32,000 bases of DNA from Mycoplasmoides pneumoniae FH (GCF_001272835.1 NZ_CP010546.1:150803-182802), one strand, 5' to 3'; counted from the stretch's first letter, positions 10,984 to 18,253 are shown. Notes: generated by a model from the sequence alone, not told the origin. Made by a program: numbers and translations.

Positions 10984-12786
10984 TTGATCATCGTGAACAA
11001 TACGCTCGCTTTTAAGTTAAAGAACGCACCCCATAAGCCAGGCTGCTATTTGTGAAAGGATGACGCTGGTCAAGTTTTGTATGTCGGGAAGGCTAAGGAC
11101 ATCTTTAAGCGGGTACACCATTACTTTAATCCAAACCGTTCCTTTAAAACACGGGCACTAGTGGAGCGAATTGCGGATGTCGAATACGTCATTTTGAAAA
11201 ATGAAAATGATGCTTTGAACTTAGAGGCCAAACTAATTAAACAGTACAAACCGCGCTTTAATTTAGTTTTAAAGGAAAATAATGGTTATCTCTATTTCTT
11301 TATTACCGCCAGTGTTAAACCCACCTTGGAATTGGGCCGCCGGTATGAGTTTTCCAAGAATAAGTACTTCGGTCCGTTTGCATCGAGTAAGTTTCGACTG
11401 CGTGACATTTATGACCTGTTGTTAAAGCTTTTTCCATTACGCAAGTGCGCGCCCCATGAACGGGGTCACCCCTGCTTTTACTATCAGCTTAAAATGTGCA
11501 TGGGTCAGTGTATGGGCGAGGATACACCGGAACGTTACCAGACCACCGTCAAGGGAATTGAACAGTTTTTTAACCACGGTCCCGAGCAGGTTTTAAACCA
11601 CTTGCAACAGCAAGAAATCAAGGCTAGTGAACAACAAAACTTTGAAGCAGCACGCCACTTCTTGGACTTACAGAAAGCCGTTTTAGAACTAGTGAACATG
11701 CAACAAACGGCCTTCATTAAAGCAAAGCAAAGCCATGACTTTATTGGTTATGTCTTTGAGAAAAATGTGTTAGCCATTACCGTCTTTGCTTACGTTGATA
11801 ACCAACTAATAGGCAAAAACCAGCAGGTCTTTGAACTACCACAGGACGATGAAAAGGAAGTTGAAAGTGCTTTGGTTACCTTTATTTACCACTATTATTC
11901 CACCAATAAGATACCCAAAACCCTTACAGTTTCTTTAAGCGAAGAGAATTTGAGCTTACTGGCCAACAGTCTTAAAATTAATGTTACGCAACCAAAAAAC
12001 GGCGAGCAAAAATCCATTTTGCAAACCGTGATTGACAACGCCCGTTATGCCTTAAACACCAAGTGAACTGGGTTTATCAATAACCTTAACCGTGCCGAAG
12101 TGCACCAGCAATTAGCGCAGCTTTTACAAGTTCCTTCGATTCAAAGTCTGGAAATTATTGACATCTCCTTTTATGACAAAGACCACGTGGTGGGGGCGAT
12201 GTTACGGTACGAAAATGGCAAACGGATGAAAGCGTTATCACGCCGTTACAACATTAACATTGACCATAAGGGTGACACTAACTATATGGCTGATGTGGTG
12301 TACCGCCGGATTATTTCGTCCATCCAAACCCATAAACAGCTACCTTTAAGTGATCTTTTAATTGTCGATGGTGGGATTGCCCAAATTAATACGGTAACCA
12401 AGGTGTTTGCCTCTTTCCCTAACGTTACCCAACCGATCATTATTGGCTTAGCGAAAAACACCCGTCACCAAACTGACCACATTGTGTTAACGGATAACAC
12501 TACCATTAACATTGACAAAAATACGCCTTTGTTTGCTTATCTTACCACCATTCAAGAAGAGGTCGATAGCTTTGCCAAACACAATGCCTTTAAGCGAGTT
12601 AGTCGCGCTCGCTTCCAAAATCCACTCTTACAAATTGAAGGGGTTGGGCGAAAAACTGTCCAAATATTACTTGATAATTTTCAAACAATGCAAAACATTG
12701 AAGCTGCTTCTTTGAGCGAATTATCACAGTTTATTCCTGCTAATTTAGCACAAAAAATTAAAACTTTTCTAAAGGAAAATGACTAA
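10984..12786 (+). CDS. uvrC: Excinuclease ABC subunit C
   Basis: ORFs 11077..12066 and 12100..12786 share a frame, and the frame extends upstream through TGA 11053-11055. A GIY-YIG domain is present ([30 protein letters not shown]...NENDALNLEAKLIKQYKPRFN). The C-terminal (HhH)2-like sequence is LLQIEGVGRKTVQILL. The start is either TTG 10984 or GTG 10993. Confidence 0.85.
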
Positions 12787-13258
12787 AGTATTAGTGTTAT
12801 CAGACACCCATGGCTATAACGATAGGTGACTAGCCGTTATGAAGTTGCACAACCCTGATGTAGTAATTCATGCTGGTGATCATTTAACTACTAAAAAGTT
12901 TATGGATCAAAATGCCACTTTTTGGGTTGCTGGTAATCATGATGTTGTTGGCGAAGAGATTCAAATGTTTGAGTTAGAGGGAATCCAGTTTGTTTTAATG
13001 CACGGCCATCAAGCGCCCCGTCATGATCTCAAGCAGTGGTATAAAATGCTGGTTGATCAAGCTAAAAGCTATCTTTGTGATGTTTTAATTGTGGGTCACA
13101 GTCACATAGAGCACTATGAAACTATTGATGGGATCCAGGTTATTAACCCCGGTTCTCTAGAAATTCCCCGTAATCCGAGAAAGCTACCTACCTACTGTAA
13201 TTTAAACTTAAGTCAGGGCAGGATAAGTGATTTAACGTTCCATTTTCCTCGGGATTAA
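12779..13258 (+). CDS. Calcineurin-like metallophosphoesterase (YfcE/MJ0936 family), 159 aa
   Basis: ATG 12779 overlaps the uvrC end by 8 nt and the frame reads through TGA 12827-12829. Phosphoesterase motifs present: LSDTHG, HAGDH, GNHD, MHGH, GHSH. Confidence 0.85.
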
Positions 13259-13425
13259 GTCAAATAAATAAAAAAAGCCATCTACCTAACAAGCAGAAGG
13301 CTAAAAAATACTTTTTTAGCGATATTGAAATTAACAGAAAGATCTGTTAGCAAATGTAAGGAACAAGCTTATGCAAACTTTCAATATGTGACGTGTTGAA
13401 AAACCTTTAAGAGTATGCATCAATT

Positions 13426-13474
13426 GGGAGTAGGAAAGCAGGCTTTCAACACAAGTTTTCGTTTTCCTGCTCCC
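13426..13474 (+). other. Strong imperfect hairpin inside a degenerate, inverted copy of the leader module
   Basis: GGGAGTAGGAAA (13426-13437) pairs with TTTCCTGCTCCC (13463-13474). This gives 12 bp with one U-G pair on the plus-strand RNA. The flanking CCCACTAAATAAATTG resembles CTCCACTAAATAAATTG of the module at 26680-26696. Confidence 0.5.
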
Positions 13475-13648
13475 ACTAAATAAATTGGGAAAGGTTTTCA
13501 AAGTCGCCAAAAAGATTAAATATTTTTGGAATTTTGAATTTTTAGTTGCTTCTAATTGTTAATAGAGATTTACTTTCAAAAAAACTTTTTGGTTTATTTT
13601 TGGTGTCTTTACTAACTTAAAGCAATTTAGTTAGTGTAAAGACTCATA

Positions 13649-14464
13649 ATGTTTAAATTAAAAATTAACAACTTCCAATTAGGTTTCAAACTCGTTCAGT
13701 GACCAGTGACGAACCACCTTCTTAAACATTTTTACGTTTTTCCAATCAATAATAAAGGAGGTCTTGCCATTAAACGCATAATTTCACTTGCTTTGTTTAA
13801 GAAAAGACTTAACAAAGATAAGATTAATAATTGTCATGTTTGGGAAGAAGAGTTACCTGATGGTAGCTACGACATGGGATTTAATGGCAATTTCAACCAT
13901 ATGGAAAAACGAAAAAGTGGTTATGTTACCCAAAAGCAGTTTAGCGAGTTCAAAGATGCCAACAATCAGCGTCTCATAAAGATTGAAACTACTTTGGCTA
14001 TCCAAGGCGAACAAATCAACAAATTGACTCAAACTGTTGAAAAGCAAGGCGAACAAATCAATCAATTAGTTCAAGTTGTGCTTCTTCAGGGCGAGCAAAT
14101 TAGAGAACTTCAAGTGGAGCAAAAAGCACAAAGACAAGAGTTTAATGCCCGCATGGATCGTTTGGAAAATCTTTTGGTGGAAAGTATAGAATCTACCAAT
14201 AATCGCTTCGACTCTATGGAAAGACGTTTAGACTCTATGGATAGTCGTCTTGATTCTATGGAAAATCGCTTGGTTTCAATGGAAAGCCGTCTTGATTCTA
14301 TGGAAAATCGCTTAGATTCAATGGAAGGTCGTCTTGATTCTATGGAAAATCGCTTAGATTCAATGGAAGGTTGTCTTGATTTTGTTGAAGGACGCTTAGA
14401 CTCTATGGAAACTCGTTTAGACTCTATGGAAACTCGCCTGGACAAAGTCGATCCGCCCAAATAG
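13649..14464 (+). CDS. DUF16 (UPF0134) family coiled-coil protein, 271 aa
   Basis: ATG 13649 reads through TGA 13700-13702 into track ORF 13706..14464. The C-terminal half carries QGEQI repeats, then 11 RLDSMEx heptads, and ends RLDKVDPPK. That ending is shared with the two minus-strand paralogs at 25981 and 26793. Confidence 0.85.
14204..14434 (+). repeat. Tandem 21-nt (heptad) repeat, 11 units, in-frame within the DUF16 gene
   Basis: There are eleven consecutive 21-nt units of the form CGY YTW GAY TCW ATG GAA NNN, encoding R(L/F)DSME(x). I counted them unit by unit from 14204. A partial 12th unit leads to the stop. Confidence 0.9.
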
Positions 14465-14485
14465 TTTTTAGTTAAAAAATAAGGG

Positions 14486-14525
14486 TATCAGCAGTTAATC
14501 TTAAAGATTAGTTGCTGGTATTTTT
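14486..14525 (+). terminator. Rho-independent terminator after the DUF16 gene
   Basis: TATCAGCAGTTAATC (14486-14500) pairs with GATTAGTTGCTGGTA (14506-14520), giving 15 bp including 3 G-U pairs and a TTAAA loop. TTTTT follows at 14521-14525. Confidence 0.7.
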
Positions 14526-14548
14526 ATTCATTTAATGCTTTCTAAAAA

Positions 14549-14720
14549 CTTTTTGTCAATTTTGTTGGCACTTCTAAATTGCTAGTTCAATTTATTAAGT
14601 GGAGGAGCAAAATGCAAATCTTTAATTTTTGAAATTGATCAGTAAAAAATCTGATCACCGTTGGTAGCATTGCTGCAAATAGTAGTTATGTAATTTGCAA
14701 ACAGAAAGGAATTTTTCAAT
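14549..14720 (+). promoter_or_regulatory. Leader module copy A (RepMP1-type upstream element)
   Basis: The conserved block is CTTTTTG..TTTGTTGGCACTTCT..TAGTGGAGGAGCAAAATGCAAATCTTTAATTTTTGAAATTGATCAG-N8-CTGATC...GTTGG...TTGCAA...TAGTTA. It recurs at 18072-18253 (+), 26557-26734 (-) and, diverged, at 27285-27437 (-). Confidence 0.7.
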
Positions 14721-14728
14721 ATGAGTAA
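14612..14728 (+). CDS. Candidate leader peptide A, 38 aa (MQIFNFWNWSVKNLITVGSIAANSSYVICKQKGIFQYE)
   Basis: GGAGG lies 7 nt upstream of ATG 14612. The ORF has two in-frame TGA codons (14630, 14636), and its TAA stop at 14726-14728 overlaps the downstream ATG 14721. Homologous ORFs of identical length occur in copies B and C. Confidence 0.45.
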
Positions 14729-15002
14729 TACAAAAAAATTAAGAATAACTTCAATCGAAGAAACAATAGAAATAATAGTTAATTCAAAACTATTAGCTTT
14801 TGGTTTTTACCCAGTTGGTTTAGAAGATGGAACTTACGAACTTAATGTAAGGATTATTTTTAAAGAAAAAACTGCAGATTCTGAGAAGAGTAGCAGTGTA
14901 CATCCTTTACAAAAGGAGTATTATGTAAGGGAATTTTTGAGATTTCTTGAGCGCCATAAAGATTCTCTGGCGCAACAACTATTAGTAGTAGAAGACAATT
15001 AA
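14721..15002 (+). CDS. Small hypothetical protein, 93 aa (paralog of 18254..18460)
   Basis: ATG 14721 has AAAGGA upstream, and the frame is clean to TAA 15000-15002. An ungapped core is shared with the 68-aa ORF: Y...EDGT.E....I......AD.E.....PL. Confidence 0.6.
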   Translation: MSNTKKLRITSIEETIEIIVNSKLLAFGFYPVGLEDGTYELNVRIIFKEKTADSEKSSSVHPLQKEYYVREFLRFLERHKDSLAQQLLVVEDN

Positions 15003-16136
15003 ATGATTTCTCCCAAACTGGATTGACTCATCCTCACCGCCACCGCCTCCCTCGCGGCGGGACTCACCGTAGTGGGACACTTCACAAGTACCACCACGAC
15101 GCTCAAGCGCCAGCAATTTAGCTACACCCGCCCTGACGAGGTCGCGCTGCGCCACACCAATGCCATCAACCCGCGCTTAACCCCGTGAACGTATCGTAAC
15201 ACGAGCTTTTCCTCCCTCCCCCTCACGGGTGAAAACCCCGGGGCGTGGGCCTTAGTGCGCGACAACAGCGCTAAGGGCATCACTGCCGGCAGTGGCAGTC
15301 AACAAACCACGTATGAACCTGCGCGAACCGAAGCGGCTTTGACCGCATCAACCACCTTTGCGTTACGCCGGTATGACCTCGCCGGGCGCGCCTTATACGA
15401 CCTCGACTTTTCGAAGTTAAACCCACAAACGCCCACGCGCGACCAAACCGGGCAGATCACCTTTAACCCCTTTGGCGGCTTTGGTTTGAGTGGGGCTGCA
15501 CCCCAACAGTGAAACGAGGTCAAAAACAAGGTCCCCGTCGAGGTGGCGCAAGACCCCTCCAATCCCTACCGGTTTGCCGTTTTACTCGTGCCGCGCAGCG
15601 TGGTGTACTATGAGCAGTTGCAAAGGGAGTTGGGCTTACCACAGCAGCGAACCGAGAATGGTCAAAATACTTCCACCACCGGGGCAATGTTTGGCTTGAA
15701 GGTGAAGAACGCCGAGGCGGACACCGCGAAGAGCAATGAAAAACTCCAGGGCGCTGAGGCCACTGGTTCTTCAACCACATCTGGATCTGGCCAATCCACC
15801 CAACGTGGGGGTTCGTCAGGGGACACCAAAGTCAAGGCGTTGCAGGTGGCGGTGAAAAAGAAATCCGGGAGTCAGGGCAACTCCGGTGACCAAGGCACCG
15901 AACAGGTGGAACTTGAATCTAATGATTTAGCCAACGCCCCGATTAAACGGGGCTCCAATCCAGCAAGTCCAACTCAAGGCAGCCGACTTCGGCACCACCC
16001 CATCCAGTTCGGAATCTGGTCAATCAGGCACCCCCACCCCCTGAAGGCCGTGGCTTGCGACCGAGCAAATTCACAAGGACCTCCCCAAATGATCCGCCTC
16101 GATCCTCATTCTGTACGATGCGCCTTATGCCTTTAA
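15003..16136 (+). CDS. P1 adhesin-like ORF derived from a RepMP4-type partial copy of the P1 5' region (377 codons)
   Basis: ATG 15003 directly abuts the preceding TAA. Track ORFs 15255.. and 15543.. share its frame across TGA codons. From aa 8 the product parallels the P1 N-terminus ([54 protein letters not shown]...). The last ~60 codons are out of the P1 frame. Confidence 0.6.
15019..16130 (+). repeat. RepMP4-type repeat: partial copy of P1 nt 28561-29680
   Basis: I aligned it base by base to 28561-29680. The flanks are near-identical, and one block is strongly divergent (about 15625-15830 versus 29165-29370). Both borders to AT-rich DNA are sharp. Confidence 0.9.
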
Positions 16137-16212
16137 TTGCTCTTGTTAATTTAGTTAAGTTTTTGTTTGCACAAAATTAAATTTTCTGTTTAATTAACTA
16201 TCAATATTTTGC

Positions 16213-16231
16213 TGCTTTAAAATTTAAAGCA
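16213..16231. other. Perfect 19-bp palindrome TGCTTTAAA-A-TTTAAAGCA
   Basis: The inverted repeat was read directly. It lies in AT-rich DNA about 70 nt upstream of ATG 16299. Confidence 0.6.
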
Positions 16232-16298
16232 ACTTTTAAACAGTAAGTTGTATCTTTTCACAAAGATTTAGTTCGATAAATTATTGGTAACAAGAGGG

Positions 16299-16439
16299 AT
16301 GGAAACAACCGCAAAAAGTATTGATTGCAAAGAATTAGGCCTTTCTGTAACGACGAAGCAACAACTGCATAAATTAACACTTGCTACTATTTGACTTTGG
16401 GATTCTTTGTTTTTTGTTTTCTCTTACTTTTGTTTATAA
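16299..16439 (+). CDS. Short ORF, 46 aa: possible 5' fragment of the downstream membrane-protein gene
   Basis: ATG 16299 follows AGAGGG. The product is METTAKSIDCKELGLSVTTKQQLHKLTLATIWLWDSLFFVFSYFCL, ending at TAA 16437-16439. The hydrophobic tail overlaps the opening of the next frame at a T6 run (16410-16415). Confidence 0.35.
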
Positions 16440-16939
16440 CGCTTACTTATACGATCTATTTTGAGCAACACATTTTGGGAAGTGATAAACCACTTCCTTT
16501 TTGGTGATACATTAAAAATCATGTGGTTCCCACCTTTGGCGTCTTAACTTTAGCTTGTTGGTGTGCGTTGATTGGGATTAACTTTTGGGTTTACAAACAC
16601 ACTTCACAAACAGAGCTGTTTCACAAATCAATTAGGTGACTTAAATGAGGTATTTTATTACCGCAAATTGCGCTAGCTAACTCCCTTTTCATTAGACAGA
16701 AACTAAGGCTAATGGAAGGCGAAGAACAGTTGAATAACAACAAAATAGAACAGAAACTAAAAGCTTTATTTATTAGTTTCTTTACTATTTGAGCAGTACA
16801 ATTGCTTTTAGGTTTTTTCTTTTGGTTGCCGGTCTATGGTCTCTTTTTTTGATATATATACCAAAGCATCGATTGTAGAAGCTGTACGTTTTTCTTTTTT
16901 GAATACCTTTCAATTAAAGGAACTTGGTTTACCGATTAA
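16391..16939 (+). CDS. Multi-pass membrane protein ORF (middle segment; start uncertain)
   Basis: This frame is open from 16373 to TAA 16937-16939 under code 4, with 5 in-frame TGA codons; I checked every codon. The first plausible start is TTG 16391. Several hydrophobic stretches are present (LTLGFFVFCFLLLLFITL, VVPTFGVLTLACWCALIGINFWV, LFISFFTIWAVQLLLGFFFWLPVYGLFF). Confidence 0.45.
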
Positions 16940-17285
16940 AGAAATTGCTGTACCATTAGGCACATTAGTCTTTCTTTTTGTTGTTATTATTACCTTAATT
17001 CCGTTGTTAATTATTGGTAATTTAATTTGGACTAACTTGCGTTTAATAGAACGGGAAAATACACAGCAGTACCAACTCGTTTTTGGTTACAGTTTGATAG
17101 TTAGTGATATTGTTGGTTTTGCTATTGTTTTCTTCGGTGCCATTTTAGGTACAAATTTAAAAAGTGTTGAATTATTCATAGCATTGGGTTGAATGATGAT
17201 GTTAGGATCATTAATTGCATTGGGCACTACTGTTAACTTAGTGAGCTCAATTTATCTCTACATAAAACTAGCATTGAAGAGATAG
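16836..17285 (+). CDS. Membrane protein ORF (3' segment), 149 aa
   Basis: ATG 16836 reads through TGA 17190-17192 to TAG 17283-17285. TM-like stretches are present (LGTLVFLFVVIITLIPLLIIGNLIW, IVGFAIVFFGAILG, MMMLGSLIALGTTV). It overlaps the previous ORF by about 100 nt in another frame. Confidence 0.5.
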
Positions 17286-17286
17286 A

Positions 17287-17890
17287 CACACTTCTCCCCC
17301 ACGCTCACGCGCTTCTCCACCGGGTTCAACCTCGCGGGGTCGGTTCTCGACTAGGTGTTGGATTATGTGCCCTGGATTGGGAATGGGTACAGGTATGGGA
17401 ATAACCACCGGGGCGTGGATGATATAACCGCGCCTAAAACCGGCGCGGGGTCGTCCAGCGGAACTAGTACGAACACAAGTGGTTCGCGTTCCTTTCTCCC
17501 GACGTTCTCGAATGTCGGCGTTGGCCTCAAAGCCAACGTCCAAGCCACGCTTGGTGGCAGTCAGAAGACGACTACAGGCGGCTCCAAATGACCCACCCTC
17601 GACCAAGCCAACCTCCTGCTCTGAACCGGCGCGGGGTGAAGGAATGATAAGAACGGACAAAGTGACGAAAACCACACCACCTTTAAAAGCGCTACGGGCA
17701 GTGGCCAGCAGGGTGGTTCTTCAGGTACAAATACCTCAGCGGGGAATCCCGACTCGTTAAAGCAGGATAAAATCACCAAGGAAAGCTCGGGTAACCTCAA
17801 AACGGAGGACGGCGCTGCCAACTCTAACGAAAACAAAGACAACACTAATTATCAAAATTTACCCGCTTATGGGAAAGTTAGTGGGTGGAT
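17287..17890 (+). repeat. RepMP2/3-type repeat, copy a: partial copy of P1 starting at nt 30877
   Basis: CACTTCTCCCCCACGCT...GGTGTTGGATTATGTGCCCTGGATTGGGAATGGGTACAGGTATGG aligns to P1 30877 onward. It diverges in blocks and ends near a TTACCCGCTTATGGG motif resembling P1 about 31640. It is GC-rich and sits within AT-rich flanks. Confidence 0.85.
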
Positions 17891-17906
17891 AACACCTGAT
17901 TATTAA
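17355..17906 (+). CDS. P1-like ORF fragment within RepMP2/3 copy a (183 aa, GTG start)
   Basis: The ORF is open under code 4 from GTG 17355, just after an in-frame TAG at 17352-17354, to TAA 17904-17906. The product (M)[26 protein letters not shown]... parallels P1. It is probably a silent cassette and not a functional gene. Confidence 0.4.
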
Positions 17907-18071
17907 TAGGCTTTTTACTTTCCAAAAGTTTTAAAGTTGTTTTGGCACTTTCAAACTTTAAAGACCATTTAAAAGGCATAAAAGGATAGTTATGTCTTTA
18001 AGAAATATTTTGCGATTCAGTTCGCTTTTGGTTTTATTTGGTTTTGAGTCTTTTCTAGTTAATGCTCAAAT

Positions 18072-18253
18072 CTTTTTGCAAAGTTTGTTGTCACTTCTAA
18101 ATAACCTACTCAATGTATTTAGTGGAGGAACAAAATGCAAATCTTTAATTTTTGAAATTGATCAGCAAAGCGTCTGATCCCTGTTGGCAACCGAGTTGCA
18201 AGTGTTAGTTATTTTTTAAAAAATCAAAAGAAAAAAGAAAGGAACATTTAAAC
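18072..18253 (+). promoter_or_regulatory. Leader module copy B
   Basis: It carries the same conserved block as copy A: TTTGTTGTCACTTCT...TAGTGGAGGAACAAAATGCAAATCTTTAATTTTTGAAATTGATCAG-N8-CTGATC... Confidence 0.7.
18135..18251 (+). CDS. Candidate leader peptide B, 38 aa (MQIFNFWNWSAKRLIPVGNRVASVSYFLKNQKKKERNI)
   Basis: GGAGG lies upstream of ATG 18135. There are two in-frame TGA codons (18153, 18159). TAA 18249-18251 sits 2 nt before the downstream ATG 18254. The ORF is exactly 117 nt, like copies A and C. Confidence 0.45.

Noticed and set aside
13259-13330. A possible terminator hairpin (GCCATCT...AGAAGGC followed by A/T runs) after the phosphoesterase gene.
   Set aside because: The stem is short and mismatched and the T tract is interrupted. 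It is not convincing enough to call.
14204-14434. Regularly spaced 21-nt repeats, considered as a possible CRISPR array.
   Set aside because: The units are contiguous with no spacers, lie in-frame inside a coding gene, and encode a coiled-coil heptad. No cas genes are present.
14110-14460. A minus-strand ORF ([13 protein letters not shown]...), plus its twin on the plus strand at 25985..26251.
   Set aside because: These are mirror images of the DUF16 21-nt heptad arrays. The repeat periodicity keeps the antisense frame open. The sense frames have proper starts, SD sites, a conserved C-terminus and terminators.
15299-15780. Antisense and alternate-frame ORFs within the RepMP4 copy: 15299..15562 (-), 15490..15699 (+) and 15520..15780 (-). 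Equivalents lie at 28839..29102 (-) and 29148..29378 (-).
   Set aside because: GC-rich P1-type sequence is poor in TAA/TAG in all frames. The ORFs duplicate wherever the repeat duplicates, and the P1 frame explains the region.
17268-17845. Minus-strand and alternate-frame ORFs over RepMP2/3 copy a. Similar ones lie over copy b and P1: 18490..18696 (-), 18917..19228 (-), 29605..30081 (-), 30841..31194 (-), 31149..31394 (-) and 31394..31645 (+).
   Set aside because: The same GC-rich artefact applies. Their products are Arg/Pro/Gly-rich nonsense with no motifs, and they track the repeat copies.
17992-18177. A 61-aa ORF (MSLRNILRFSSLLVLFGFESFLVNAQ...) with a signal-peptide-like start that overlaps leader module B.
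   Set aside because: Its ATG and frame are not conserved in module copies A, C or D. It overlaps the conserved leader ORF in another frame. The hydrophobicity reflects T-rich DNA.
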